A stretch of 64,000 nt of DNA. Origin: Octopus vulgaris. Taxonomy: Eukaryota. The number at the start of each line of letters is the position of its first letter. Position 1 is the first letter of the stretch. The notes beneath the pieces were generated by a model, which saw nothing but the letters and a program-made list of their open reading frames with translations, did not search any database and had not been told where the DNA came from. Both the position numbers and the translations under genes were made by a program. This document shows positions 13,086 to 27,449 of the stretch, piece by piece. The stretch covers positions 60,388,001 to 60,452,000 of the forward strand of contig OX597818.1 in assembly GCA_951406725.2 (NCBI GenBank). Direction: 5' to 3'.

Positions 13086-13784
13086 TATATAATATTCGAA
13101 AGAACGTTTTGTCGTATTTCAAAATGGAGAAAAAAACAAATGTTTCGCTGGTGTTAATTGCTATTTGTAATCAGGACATTTTCCCTCATTATTGAGAACA
13201 TAATCTCATCTATTTGGCAAATTGTTGATCTCATGGGCGTAAGATGTTTCACGTTTCGAAACAATGAAACATCCAATGTTACTTTTAACCTCTTCACAAT
13301 CATTGAACTGTTTTCCTTCTTAATAATGTCGCAACGATCTGAAATTATGACAGTAGGAGCAAAACGCCCCCACAGTCCAATGGACGGTGCTGAGTTGTCA
13401 AACATTTAAACCTAATTTTTCTCAAAACAACTTGTCTGACCGTCCCATAGGCCTCCCGTTTGAGAAACATTGATTTAACCTAAATTTGAGACACCAGCAA
13501 AAGAAGAAATAAAGATATACTTTTTTTCTATTCCAAAGAAATAGAAAATAGATTTTATTCACACAAATATGCAACCGAAGAGTTTAAATTACCAGTAATG
13601 CTAAGGCTGTTGACTGGGACAACACAAACATGGTTTAAACAGTAAGCTTGGCAGGAAAGAAACGTGCCTTTAAGCAGTACAAGAACAACAAAAAATGGAA
13701 GGTTGACGTTATGTACAGGTTGACGGAAGAAAAGCAGGATAAAAACGGCTTTATCGATCGCATTCTAACCTGGAATCGATTTTT

Positions 13785-13920
13785 GTAATTTTTTCAATAC
13801 TTATACTCGCCCTGATACCGTCGGTATCTACATATCAAATTTAAGCACAATCGGATTGATGATGCCCGAGATCCTAGAAGATACACACAGAGACAGAACG
13901 GATGTTATATAATAAATGAT
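13785..13920. mobile_element. Possible Helitron/DINE-like terminal fragment
   Basis: caaatttaagcacaatcggat...acacacagagacaga...ttatataataaatgat resembles non-autonomous Helitron ends. Confidence 0.3.
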
Positions 13921-14070
13921 GAAGCAAGGTGAGGATAGTAAAGAGGAAGAGGCAAGCCTTCCATATTTCTTGTCATAATCTTTGAGTGACTTGATTATTA
14001 TGTTTTCTTGCATTGTCGTGTAAGTGTAACGCAATTGACCTATGATGGAGACTTTTACTACAAATTTCTG

Positions 14071-14490
14071 AGGCGTAGGAGTGGCTGTGTGGTAAGTAGC
14101 TTGCTTACGAACCACATGGTTCCGGGTTCAGTCCCACTGCGTGTCACCTTGGGCATGTGTCTTCTACTATAGCCTCGGGCCGACCAAAGCCTTGTGAATG
14201 AATTTGGTAGATGGAAACTGAAAGAAGCCCGTCGTATATATGTATATGTGTATATATATGTGTGTGTTTGTGTGTCTGTGTTTGTCCCCCCCCCCCAGCA
14301 TCGCTTGACAACCGATGCTGGTGTGTTTACGTCCCTGTAACTTAGGGGTTCGGCAATAGACACCGATAGAATAAGTACTAGGTTTCCAAAGAATGAGTCC
14401 CGGGGTCGATTTGCTCGATCGACTAAAGGCGGTGCTCCGGCATGGCCACAGTCACATGACTGAAACAAGTAAAAGAGTAAAGAGTAGAGT
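14071..14490 (+). mobile_element. SINE family A
   Basis: Matches the 11317 copy. Confidence 0.9.
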
Positions 14491-14969
14491 AACGTTCCCA
14501 ATTGGCATTAAATGTTTCATTTTGGTTTAATGCTTCATGATAGACAACGCCCTTCGCATCCCACTAAACACAGAATGTAAATTGTTTTCCCCGGTGTAAT
14601 CCTGGTTTGGGAGAGCAATTCTTTTTCACTGGTTGCAGTCCAATGGCGTTGCATTTGATAAAAAAGAACGTATTTTACATTTGTGGTGTAAAAGATTCAG
14701 TTACAATTCTACATTTCAACGATGATCGTCAGACGACTTTTTAATTAAAATGAGAAATACTCTGCAGATGCGGGACACACTGATCAAGTTTAGACACTTT
14801 TCATTGTTTAGTTGGATTGCACTGTTTCGCTAATTCGTGTGCAGTATTCTTTGGATTTTCGACTACCGTGTTCGAAAGCTCAGTAACGGCGGGATGTGCG
14901 TGAGAAAAAATATTCCAAAATGAAACGAGTCAAATCATCGTTCGATGACCGGACAATTAAAATTTCATT

Positions 14970-15388
14970 TCTTATTTCTTTATGGCCCACAAGGGGCTAA
15001 ACACGGAGAGCACAAACAAGGACAACAAACGGATTAAGTCGATTACATCGACCCCAGTGCGTAACTGGTACTTAATTTATCGATCCTGAAATGATGAAAG
15101 GCAAAGTCGACCTCGGCGGAATTTGAACTCAGAAGGGAACAGCAGACAAAATACCTATTTCTTTATTGCCCACAATGGGCTAAACACAGAGAGGACAAAC
15201 TAGGACAGACATAGGTATTAAGTCGATTACATCGACCCCAGTGCGTACATGGTACTTATTTAATCGACCCCGAAAGGATGAAAGGCAAAGTCGACCTCGG
15301 CGGAATTTGAACTCAGAAGGTAACGGCAGACAAATTACCGCTAAGCATCTCGCCCGGCGTGCTAACGTTTCTGCCAGCTCACCGCCTT
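14970..15388 (-). mobile_element. SINE family D dimer
   Basis: Reverse complement match with the aaatacctatttc junction. Confidence 0.88.
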
Positions 15389-15941
15389 ATTTTTCATTTC
15401 TATAAACAGAACAAATATATTTTGTCAATTCCATTGCTGAAAAGCACCCCACCTCTGAATTCATATAGCATGCAGTGTCCGACGTGTCTGTGAGTTAAAC
15501 CGATTTTGAAAGGGTAAAATCTATACGAATTAATCCTCTGTTGTATAGAATAATCTGCAGAGAAAGAAAAAGCACGGTGCAAAAATTAATGCCTATTTAA
15601 CCGTAAGCATTGAGAAAGTTTCCTCAAAGTGATCAATTCAAACTGCAAAAGGATACTTGATACTGCTTCGTCGCCTTTTCACGGTGGTTAATTCAATGAA
15701 GAGAATTCGACGAACGCATCTCTCTTCTTTCAATGTAAACATCGAAACCAATGTCTCATTAGAACCGATTCTTCACTTCGCCTGTTGGTCTTCTATGAAA
15801 GGACAGCATTCATGGCTGCTTAGCAAAGTCCTCTCATTTGATGTTTAAATTAACTGAGAGATATTTGTTGCTGCAGATATTCCAGCCCCTTGATGATCCG
15901 ACGATAAAGTGTCCATGTAGCATACACACGCATACACGTGA

Positions 15942-15974
<33 letters not shown>

Positions 15975-16042
15975 TGTATGTATGTATGTATGTATGTATG
16001 TATGTATGTATGTATGTATGTATGTATGTATGTATGTGTGTA

Positions 16043-17057
16043 TGTCATTATTCAGTTATAGTTCAATATTTCTTGCCAATAGAGAAAGAGCCGGTTTCGA
16101 ACTTAGATCCAAGGCTCCTTCATTCGAATTTAAACATCAACAGGGTATGTATGTATGTATGTATGTATGTATGTATGTATGTATGTATGTATGTATGTAT
16201 GTATGTATGTATGTATGTATGTATGCATGTATGTATATAGGTGCATATTTGTAAGTTTTATGTATGCATTCTCATGCATACAGTTGCATGTATGTATGTA
16301 GTATGTATGCATGTGTGTATATATGTATGAATGTATGTACGTCTGTATGTATCTATGTACTTAGATATAACGTATGTATTACGTACATACGTTACATACG
16401 TTACTCTACCTGCGACGATTTCATCTCAATCGAAGGAGAGGAGCTTTCTCCGTCCGGGTTGCGGATCCGTGGAACAAGCTGCCAGACGAGATGGTGAAGA
16501 TGCCGACGACCGCTTTGTTCAAAGCCTCCCTTGACCTCAAGTGGCCTGAACTCTTTACATGAACACCACCCTGTACTTAACTCCATGTTCCCCTACATGG
16601 CCTTGCTATTTGCTTTTGAGCCAAATTAACTAACTAACTAACTAACATATATATGTATGTATGTGTATGAATGTCTGTCTGTATGTATGTATGTATGTCA
16701 TTGTTCAGTTTTATTTCAAGATTTCTTGGCCAAAGAGAAAGAGCCGGTTTCGAACGTAATTCCAAGGCTCCTTCATTGCAACTTCATCATTAACAAGGTA
16801 TTTTCGTTTGTATGTATGTATATACGTATATCTGTAGATTTGTATGTTTCGTTTAATGCATGTATTCTCATGCATATAGTTGCATATCTAATCATGTTCA
16901 TATACATTTAAATGATAAACTTCTGGAGAGTTTTACAGATTTTTACAGTTCCTGCGATGGATTGGATCTGTAGTCTTCGAACCAGACTTCTCCTTTCTGG
17001 TTTTGAAAAGCCAAATTTCTCGAGATTAGGCAATGTGCTTCATATACCAACGCCCCA
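16043..17057 (-). mobile_element. Two tandem partial copies of the 47.8 kb RLE-tail element, separated by (TATG)n and a CR1 fragment
   Basis: The tgtcattgttcagtt...ccaaggctccttcatt block recurs at ~16043, ~16696 and ~47769. Confidence 0.75.
16410..16645 (+). mobile_element. 5'-truncated CR1-type LINE 3' end with (AACT)n tail
   Basis: RRGAFSVRVADPWNKLPDEMVKMPTTALFKASLD is a typical CR1 C-terminus. The short 3' UTR ends in ttaactaactaactaactaac. Confidence 0.8.
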
Positions 17058-17102
17058 GTATGTATGTATGTATGTATGTATGTATGTATGTATGTATGTA
17101 TG

Positions 17103-17131
<29 letters not shown>

Positions 17132-17133
<2 letters not shown>

Positions 17134-17490
17134 GTGCAAGACCCTGCCTCAGTAGAGCTGGACTCATGAGTCATCTTCGTAGTCATAAAATGAGACAGAT
17201 GAGTGACAACCTGGCCACTGATGGTGGTGTAACACACCATACTAATCATATCTGTCGGGCATGTGGAAGAGAGTGTAATTCGGCAGGAGGACTTAAACGA
17301 CATGCAAAGGTACATGAAGCCCAGTTAGAACTACAGCCGGCTATTACCGGTAAAGGTTTTAGTTGCCAATTCTGTACTAGACATTGTAGATCTTTAGCTG
17401 GGCTAAAAAGTCACATTCAATCACAGCACCAGTAACAGTTAAGCTTCGTGCAATGGCCATACTCGATAACGAGGGGGCAGCCATCATGTA
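17132..17490 (+). mobile_element. 5'-truncated RTE-type LINE 3' end with C2H2 zinc fingers, inside a (TATG)n tract
   Basis: CLSRAGLMSHLRSH, CRACGRECNSAGGLKRHAKVH and CQFCTRHCRSLAGLKSHIQSQH, stop at 17435. RTE-like 3' UTR caatggccatactcgataacgagggggcagcc is followed by atgtatgta. Confidence 0.75.
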
Positions 17491-18917
17491 TGTATTGAAA
17501 GTGTATGGAAACGTGAGAGAAAGAAACTCATTTTTGGAACCTTAAATATGATAACTTTCATGTTTTTAAACTTGGGACTCTTTCTGTTTTATTTCTGTTT
17601 ATTTGTTACTAGTTTAATCTCATCAGCCTCTCGTATTTAGATATTGGTGTTCGTGTCAGACAAGGTTGTGATAGAGTCTGCGCCCCATGTTGTCCTTAAC
17701 TGCAAGTAACCAATCAAACTGATGGTCACTAGAAACAGAAAGCGTACCTTTCACTGCAGCCGTTGAGTGTCACGTCTGTCTCAGACAATGGAGTGCAACC
17801 ACTCATGCAGTTTCCTCGCATGTGAGGACACACGGATGATGTAGTTTACATGGGGACACCTATGACTTGACAGTAATAGATGCTACATTCTAAACTACAT
17901 CCAGTTGGCTGCGTCGTATGCTAGAGCGCCGTCGGTATCTTAGAGGCAGGGACTTGATCTCGCTATAATGGCGTATGTATTTCTTTATCATAGGGGCACC
18001 TGACAGGGTGGGCTGACCTTTTTAAGAGGAAAAGAAAGAAAGCGCGAATGGTGGTCATACATGATAGGAGTTAACAAGCGTCATAAATGAGAAACATGAA
18101 TTAGGGAACAAAGAGTGTTGTTTTTAATCAGGAAATGAAGATATTGCAAGGAGAGAGATGCATCTTTTGGTTTAAACATCGTGAACAGTCTTGCCAGAAT
18201 CAGATACGGCTTCCTTTTGCTATTTCTGGAAGACTAATAAAGGTGAGATAAGCCATAAGAAATCATGACGAGTGAGAAAAGCAAAAAAGGAGGATTTCTA
18301 TAAAACCGTGCGAGAGTATTTGGACGCAAGGACAACAACAGTATTTTCGGGGAATTAATGAAAGAGTGGATAAAAAATTGTTGAATATGGACCTGTGGAA
18401 TCGGTCACTTTTAACAAAAATACATTTCCGGTTCTTTGGAGATCCCTCTGCTTCAATTGTGCACCAAATAGGAGATGGCGAAAGCAAACGCCTTCAAATG
18501 TAAGGATCTTTTGAAAGATAACTGACGAGGAATGAGCAACGCTCCGACCTGTGTACGAATTTTCCGTTCGTTCCTTTGTTGTGTTTCTGTTTAAATTTTG
18601 AAACTATGTATACACATATATAAAATTGTGTGGTGTGTGTGTGTGTGTGTGGGGGGGTACGTGATGGTATCAGACGCTCTTAAAGAAAGGTAACTATTAT
18701 ATCCTATATCAAATATGTTATAAGAGATAAATATCAGTGGAATAAAATAATGAAAAAGCAAATAAATATGATAATATATAAATACACAAAAAAATCTTTA
18801 GTATTAAATTAAATACTCAATTTATAGCTTGTGGAAACAGTAAATATATGTAATTTCAGTAATATTGTCTCTCATACAATTTCATTTTAATATTTTGCCC
18901 GACTACACACACACACA

Positions 18918-18964
<47 letters not shown>

Positions 18965-19096
18965 GCAAATATAATATATATATATATATAAATATATACA
19001 TACATGTGTATATGCATATATACGTACATATATATACATATATATATATATATAAATATAATTATATATTGATATATATATAAATATATATATATG

Positions 19097-19133
<37 letters not shown>

Positions 19134-19327
19134 TTATATATGTATGTATATAGCTCTATATCTCTCTATATATCTATATGTATACACACAGACACAGAAC
19201 GTATACACGCACATACATATGTAAATACATACATACATGCATACATACATATATATATATAAATGTATATATGTACATATATATATATATACATACCTAT
19301 GCCTTTCTATCTATCTATCTATCTATC

Positions 19328-19358
<31 letters not shown>

Positions 19359-19522
19359 ATGTATACACACAAACACACACACACACATATATATGTATAT
19401 ATATATAGATATACATTATTTACATTATTTACATTATTTACATTTGACGGATATTTATCCTCATCTTGTTTGTTGTGTGTATAAATTCACACATACACCT
19501 GTACGCTTTTGTAACTCATATG

Positions 19523-19568
<46 letters not shown>

Positions 19569-20410
19569 CTGTACGTCTTTGTTACTCACTTATATGTTAT
19601 ATATACATATATACACACACATATAAATGTTTATACATACACACGTATATACATATACATACATATATATATATATGTGTGTGTGTATTTATATTTATAT
19701 ATGTATATATAAAACCATAAATATATACACACAGTATATACGTATACACACACAGACACACACACCCACACAAACGCCCGCGCAGCACACACTTATACAC
19801 ACACATGTACTCTTTGGAAAGTCGGTCAGTTGTACTGAAGCAAACTCAAGTTGGCGAACAAACGATTGTACTTAGAACAAGTAAACCAATAACTTTTATA
19901 AAGAACTGTCAACAGAAGACGTCTTATTTGTTAGTTGAAATGTGAAACATTATCCCATGAGCACTTTTGAGCGAAAATCAGTCTTGTGACGGACTGATAT
20001 GCTATGTGATATCCTCAACCGAGAGGCGGAAATGTGTGACACACTCATATCACTGTTGGTCTTTGAGACTGAAAGTCTATCTCGTTACAGGCATCTCTCT
20101 CCTACGGTTGAAGTTTGGCTCCTAACGTCTAAAATAAAAGAGACTTCGATATCTCGTTATTTGCCTTTTTTTTATTTATTTTCTTGAATTCTTTTATTCG
20201 TTTATATGTTTCAGTCATTTGACTGCGGTCATGCTGGAGCACTGCTTTCAATCGAGCAAATCGGCCCCAGGACTTATTCTTTGTAAGTCTAGTACTTATT
20301 CTATCGGACTGTTTTGCCGAAACGCTAATTTACGGCGACGTAAATACACCAGCATCGGTTGTCAAGTGATGTTGGGGGGACAAACACACACACACATATA
20401 TCTATCATAT

Positions 20411-20585
20411 CAGGACAATTAACCTCACCCCCTGATACAATCCCCCTCCCCCGACGACAACTACCTCCTAGGACAATTAGCCCCCTCGGTTAATTACCCC
20501 CTCTCGAATATATTAACAAGTTTTAAATCATCAACTGTTTTCCTCGGGGGTAATTGTCCTTGGTGGGGGGTATTTTCCATGGGGG
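20411..20585. repeat. Small MITE-like element with ggacaatt(a/g) subterminal direct and inverted motifs
   Basis: ggacaattaacc and ggacaattagcccc oppose ggggtaattgtcc. Confidence 0.4.
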
Positions 20586-20597
20586 TATATATATATT

Positions 20598-20818
20598 TAA
20601 GACAGCGAGCTAGCAGAAACGTTAGCTCGCCGGACGAAATGCGTTGCGGTATTTCGTCTGTCTTTACCTTCTGAGTTCAAATTCCACCGAGGTCGACTTT
20701 GCCTTTCATCCTTTCGGGGTCGATTAAATAAGTACCAGTTACGCATTGGGGTCGATGTAATCGACTTAATCTCTTTGTCTGTCTTTGTTTGTCCCCTTTG
20801 TGTTTAGCCCCCTGTGAG

Positions 20819-20825
<7 letters not shown>
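20598..20825 (+). mobile_element. SINE family D monomer
   Basis: Match to family D. Confidence 0.88.
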
Positions 20826-20894
<69 letters not shown>

Positions 20895-22972
20895 CATATA
20901 CACATACATACATACATATAATACATACATACAAACGTGTGTATGTGTAACTGATTACCTCAAAACCACTTATTTCCTTTAAATAAGCTAAAAGAAAAAG
21001 ACCAATAAATGTATTTGTTTTTAATTTCCTCGTATTTCGTTTAGTTTTTGCGCGTGTGTGTTGATAATTTAATTGCATAGGATTTAGGAGTTGTCTTGCA
21101 AATTTTACGAATGTTTGGTTAAAGATTCTGAGAGCCAAGTTTGCACTGAGTTTGTGGGTTTCAAACATACAGGTAGAAAGCTTAAGTTTGAAGATGTTTC
21201 ACATGAACGTCCATTTCTTATTAAAACTATTTCTACCACGCAAAAAGGAAAAAGAAAGGAAAGGAAAGCGTGGATACCGAGTGTGGTATTCTTTGTGCTT
21301 ATCACACATATACTTGCAATAGAATAGCATTGTTAATATGTTTGTATCAAAGTAGACATAACGATTTCTTCATTTGACTGTATTTTAACAAATGTACCAA
21401 CTAAAGGTTCGTCGCCGGCCATTGAGGCTTCGCCATTGACAGCTTTCCTTATGTTGCATACGTGTCGGCGCTGACGTATTTGAAAAATTGGAATGATATT
21501 GAAGCAAGTACATTATGAAGAAATAGCAGGAGAGATCGTAGTTCTGAAAGTTGCTCGAGTGAAAAGAATAAACTGCCCTTGGAGTTTGGTCGTATTTATT
21601 TCTGGATATTCCACGACAAGTTGTCATGGCTTTCCTCTCTTTTTCTATCCCCTTAGCCATCTAATTTAATAGTTTTGTAAATCAGGAATGGCACGTGTAA
21701 CGTTATCAGAACTACAAATAGTATAGAATGCATTTAGTGCAGTGATGGATGGAATAATGATTTGGTGAGCTCAGTAATTTCTGGCGTGAAATAGAAGACT
21801 CTGGTGCTGTTTCCAAAAATATAATGTAAGGTAAACATCTACCGGATAACGCTTGTGGTGGAGACGAGATTGGTGGCGAGAAAATCGAATATTCTGAAAT
21901 CTTTTATATTTGTGAGGGATCCAACATCATCAGCAATTCTCCGATGGTACAGCAAGTATCCATCATAACCAGCGTACGTTTAATGAAAGGAACTGACGAG
22001 AAGGATAACAGCAATGGCTATTTTTATTTTCCAATTTATTTGTTTCTTAGTATTTTTTTTTTTGTTTGAAACATATTCCTTCATTCTTACATGGAAATTT
22101 CGATTAAAATTCCCAAGTTGGTCATGAATCATGCTAAAGATCACGATTTTCAGCAACACGGATTTTAATATCTAACAGTACAACACAAATGAACTTGTCA
22201 ATTTCATTGACATATATTTTCTCTAGTAAGCTAACCAGAAGGACCATTTGAGAGAACATCTACATCTCTGCAGTTCTGCCATTCAGCTGTGTCTATCTAA
22301 CACCTGACCTTAGTGAAGAGGTTCCCTCTGACAACAATAGCTGAAATCTTGTGGGCTTCCTGCTGTGTGAAAAACCCTGACATATATTTCATTTGTAATA
22401 TTCTGATTTTGTTCAAGTAACACACAATTGCTTGTAAAGGGCACGAAAAGGTCAAACTCATAGAATTCCTTTATACGTAACAGAGAATTACTTGTATTAT
22501 TTCCTGCGTATTCTTCAGACCAATAAAATTAATATGTCTAAAAATTATTTCACACAACACACATATATATATATACAACTATTTAAATGCATGTATGCAC
22601 GTATGTAAGTTTGTATATGTGTGGGTATGCTGTTCGTATATGTTTGTATGGATGGATATATGGATTCCTGGATATTTGTATTAATTTTGCTATGTATAGA
22701 TATATGTAAGTATGTATGTATGTATACATACATACTTGCAGAGATGTATGTATGAATGTAGGTATGTGAGCGTGTGTATTTATGCATGTAGAGGTGTTTG
22801 TTCCTGGTTATAGTTTCAAATCTCTCAGCCTTAAAACAGCCGTTTCTAGCTTAGAAGCAAGGCTCTCTCATTAAAATTTAGGCAACATCAATAAGGCACA
22901 CTTGTATGTATGCATATATATATATATATATATATATGAATGTATGTATATGTATACATATATAAATGAACT

Positions 22973-23004
<32 letters not shown>

Positions 23005-23041
23005 GCACACATATATAGGCAACATAAATAAGGTACTCTTG

Positions 23042-23081
<40 letters not shown>

Positions 23082-23085
23082 TAGG

Positions 23086-23143
<58 letters not shown>

Positions 23144-23274
23144 TATGTATATCTGCAAGTTTGTATATGTGTATGCATGTACACTGTTATACACGTATGC
23201 GTGTATGTATGCATGCGCACAGTGGTGCAGGGCTATGTTATTAGCAAAATTTTTGAGTGTTTTATAGATTTTAA

Positions 23275-23400
23275 CAGGACATACATCAAGGGTCTTGGAT
23301 TCCTTCACTTTGGAGGACTTATATTGAGAGGCCTTCATGAAGTTGGTGGAGCACTAGAATGTGTACATTGAAGTCAGAGGACCCTACTTTGATGAAGGTA
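23275..23400 (+). mobile_element. mariner transposase C-terminal remnant
   Basis: SRVLDSFTLED...AFMKLVEH*NVYIEVRGPYFD, with stops and a frameshift. Confidence 0.5.
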
Positions 23401-23917
23401 AGAGTTTCGTACTTTGGTAAGTGTCTTCTTCTATAGCCTCGGGCCGACCAAAGCCTTGTGACAGAAACTGAAAGAAGCCCGTCGTATATATGTATATATA
23501 TATGTGTTTGTGTGTCTGTGTTTGTCCTCCCCAACATTGCTTGACAACCGACCGTGGTGTGTTTACGTCTCCGTAACCCAGCGGTTCGGCAAAAGAGACT
23601 GATAGAATAAGTACTAGGCTTACAAAGAATAAGTCCTGGGGTCGATTTGCTCGACTAAAGGCGGTGCTCCAGCATGGCCGCAGTCAAATGAGAAAAAGTG
23701 AGAGTAAGTGAGAAAAAAAGAGAGAGGAATAAACTTGAAAAAGGAAAGAAAGGGGTTAAGGGAATTAAGTATTTTTGTCCCTTTGGCTTGTTGGAAAGGA
23801 ATTAACACTGGTTAGTGTTGTTAGTTCGACAGAGAAATGCTAATGTTTGTAAAATTGTAAGCCATATCCGCGAAGTGCGGTGTTCTCCAGTTTAATAACA
23901 GAAGACTATCTACTATC

Positions 23918-24315
23918 AGGAGTGGCTGTGTGGTAAGTAGCTTGCTAACCAACCATATGGTTCCGGGTTCAGTCCCACTGCGTGGCATCTTGGGCAAATG
24001 TCTTCTGCTATATCCTCGGGCCGACCAATGCCTTGTGAGTGGATTTGGTAGACGGAAACTGAAAGAAGACTGTCGTATATATGTATATATATGTGTGTGT
24101 ATGTGTGTGTTTGTGTGCCTGTGTTTGTCCCCCTAGCATTCCTTGACAACCGATGCTGGTGTGTTTACGTCCCCGTCACTTAGCGGTTCGGCAAAAAGAG
24201 ACCGATAGAATAAGTACTGGGCTTACAAAGAATAAGTCCCGGGGTCGATTTGCTCGACTAAAGGCGGTGCTCCAGCATGGCCACAGTCAAATGACTGAAA
24301 CAAGTAAAAGAGAGA
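23918..24315 (+). mobile_element. SINE family A
   Basis: Matches the 11317 copy. Confidence 0.9.
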
Positions 24316-24713
24316 GAGGGTATCAAAGCCATGTTTATTTTTGAACCTAAGCGATTGCTGGACATTATATGGTATCCTATACAAGCTTGTTCGTTTACTG
24401 TACTATTCAAGCATGAAACTTATTGTTGCTCATATTTTAATCTTGTATTTGTTAAATGATTTTTATCTCTCGCTGGACAGAATACGTTTTTGCCGATCCT
24501 ATCAGTACGGAAAAGAACACTATATATATATGTGTGTGCGTGTGTATTTATGTGTATGTGTGTGTATGTTTGTGTTTGTGTGTGTAATAGTTCTTCTATT
24601 GATTCTGCAACTGAGATGTGGGTAAATATTATTTTTTTAAGTCTGAGCTCAAGACACCGCTTACTTGTTTGGTTTCTCTTCCTCCTGTGTGTGTTTAATA
24701 TTGTTGTCGAACA

Positions 24714-25560
24714 AAGGCGGCGAGATGCCAGAAACGTTAGCACGTGGAGGCGAAATGCTTAGCGGTATTTCGTCTGCCGTTACGTTCTGAGTTCAAATTC
24801 CCCCGAGGTCGACTTTGCCTTTCATACTTTCCAGGTCGATTAAATGAGTACCTGTTACGCAATGGGGTCGATATAATCGACTTAATCCGTTTGTCTGTGC
24901 TTGTTTGTCCCCTCTGTGTTTAGCCCCTTGTGGGTAGTAAAGTAATAGGTATTTCGTCTACCGTTACGTTCTGAGTTCAAATTCCGTCAAGATCGACTTT
25001 GCCTTTCATCCTTTCGGGGTCGATTGAATAAGTACCAGTTACGTACTGAGGTCGATATAATCGACTTAATCCGTTTGTCTCTCCTTGTTTTTCCCCTCTC
25101 TGTTTAGCCCCTTGTGGGCAGTAAGAAAATAAGAAGCGTTAGCACGACGGGCGAAAAGCTTAGCAGTATTTCGTCTGTCTTTACGTTCTGAGTTCAAATT
25201 CCGCCCAGGTTACTTTGTTTTTCATTCTTTGGGGATCGATAAATTAAGTACCATTTGCGTCCTGTGATCGATCTTATCGACTGGTCCCTTCCCACAAAAT
25301 TTGGGGCCTTGTGCCTAGAGTAGAAACGAATATTGTTGTCGAACAAAGGCGGCGATGTGGCAGAACCGTTAGCACGCCGGGCAAAATGCTTAGCGGTATT
25401 TCGTCTGCCGTTACGTTGTGAGTTCAAATTCCGCCGAGGTCGACTTTGCTTTTCGACCTTTCGGGGGTCAATGAATTAAGTACTAGTTGCGTACTGGGGT
25501 CGATCTAATCGACTGGCCCCTTCCCCCAAACTTTCGGGAACTGTGCCAAGAGTAGAAAAG
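24714..25560 (+). mobile_element. SINE family D tetrameric array
   Basis: Four bodies and two tail types; aatattgttgtcgaaca target repeated. Confidence 0.88.
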
Positions 25561-26356
25561 AATATTGTCAAACAGTGTAGCGATCCGATGTGTTGGCTTT
25601 GAGATATTATAGATCGGCGTGTGTTGTTGCGTTGGTGCTTCTTTGCTGTTCTGTCGATATATGTTGACTTAAATCTTCTTTCAATGCAGGAGAATGTAAG
25701 GGTCTCCTACTTCTGCGTTTATTGCTGTATTTAATTTATTCGGTTTAACTTTTAAATGGGTGTTATTGCCTTTCAGAATTCTTATGGTGTTGTTTACAGT
25801 TTTGCATAAAATGTTAATTTTAGCTACATATATCTCTCCACCCACGATTACGTTTATGTTACTTTTGTAACGCTTGCGTATTGTGATGTTGTCATTATAT
25901 ATTTAAATCACGTTGCGCTTGTTTAAGTTCCACGTCCCTTGTTGTGAGGGTATCTATTTTTATTTAGAAAAGAGGGTACATGTTAACAACGTGTCAGTTA
26001 GTTAGGAACAGAAGAAATTAGATAAAAAATGCAAAGAATATCCGAAATATTCATGAACCTTGCTTCTCAAAAATGTCTATTTAAAGGTTATACAATGGCG
26101 GAAGTGCACGAACACGCGTATAAGTATACACAGATACTTTCGTATATACGCATGCGTATATACGTATGTGTATGTGTGTGAACATATACACAAACGCACA
26201 TAAACGTATAAACCACACATATATTCATAAGCATAACCTTTCATGTGCGGGTACATACATATATAGACATTATGTTAACATTACTGTCGGCATATACACA
26301 CATACAAGTTATCTAAAAAATGCATATACGTATATTCATGTTCCCTCTCTCTCCCC

Positions 26357-26388
<32 letters not shown>

Positions 26389-26465
26389 GTGTGTATATGC
26401 ACATATATAGATATATATGCATACACACATATTCACAAACACACTCATACGCACATACATATATA

Positions 26466-26507
<42 letters not shown>

Positions 26508-26591
26508 TACACACATATGCACAAGCAGACACATCCATACATATATATATATATATATGCGTATATATCGTATATATATATACACACACAC

Positions 26592-26638
<47 letters not shown>

Positions 26639-26717
26639 TATAAATGCACATATATACATGTATGTGTGTATATACGTACATATATATATATATATATACA
26701 TATATATAAACCAACTT

Positions 26718-26753
<36 letters not shown>

Positions 26754-27262
26754 GTAAATGTAATGTGTCAATTATTCGGTAGCCATGATATCACAGCTAG
26801 CGAATAATTGTCATATATTTCTTTTACAAATAAATTCCTCTATTTACATAATATCGAGGTTTCTTTCATTCTTTTGTTGTCTTACCAGTTTTATCAATAG
26901 ATAAGTGTGTTTGTGTGTGTGTGTGTATACACATGTGTGAGTTTATGTGTGTGTATGTGGAGGGTTACTGTGTGCTATTGTTCATATCTTGCATTTAGTT
27001 AGATATGAATATATATATATATATTTTATATGTATGATGCGGTCTCCTATTTGCTAGTATGCTTGATGTAAACAGGTCGTGTGTTATTTTGACTTTAATG
27101 GATTCGACTGCTCTGTGATATGATGGGGCGGTTGAGACACAGAAATGACCATTCCATTCGGTTCATGGTCACTGTTGAGACAAAGCTACACAATAGAATA
27201 ACTTCAAAGGGCAAACAAACGAGAAATATTTTCAAATATTAGAAATCAGAAAACCGAAGAAA

Positions 27263-27335
<73 letters not shown>

Positions 27336-27349
27336 TAATAGCAATAATA

Positions 27350-27445
27350 AAAGGAAACTGGAATAGAGTGCCAGTAGAACTGTTACAAAATGTTTGCCTA
27401 CTTGGCACGACCAGAATAACCAGGAAAGTATTAGTTAGTTGAAAA
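27350..27445 (+). mobile_element. R4/Dong-like LINE extreme C-terminal fragment following (TAA)n
   Basis: ELLQNVCLLGTTRITRKVL resembles the QK-x-ALLGTARILRKVL terminus of this clade. Confidence 0.6.
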
Positions 27446-27449
27446 GAAC

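Larger units (their letters stand above)
13915..15500 (-). mobile_element. Decayed mariner transposase interrupted by two SINE insertions
   Basis: HVGHCMLYEF (N-terminus, ~15460-15490), PKPGLH...WDAKGVVYHEALNQNET (~14505-14615), LHDNARKH and YYPHLAS (~13915-14025). Confidence 0.75.

Noticed and set aside
13150-13475. Possible hAT transposase C-terminus and TIR (tttgagaaacattg)
   Set aside because: One TIR-like end only, no partner or TSD, and weak protein similarity.
23278-23397. Apparent AG...GT-bounded exon
   Set aside because: All three frames contain stops; better explained as a mariner C-terminal remnant.
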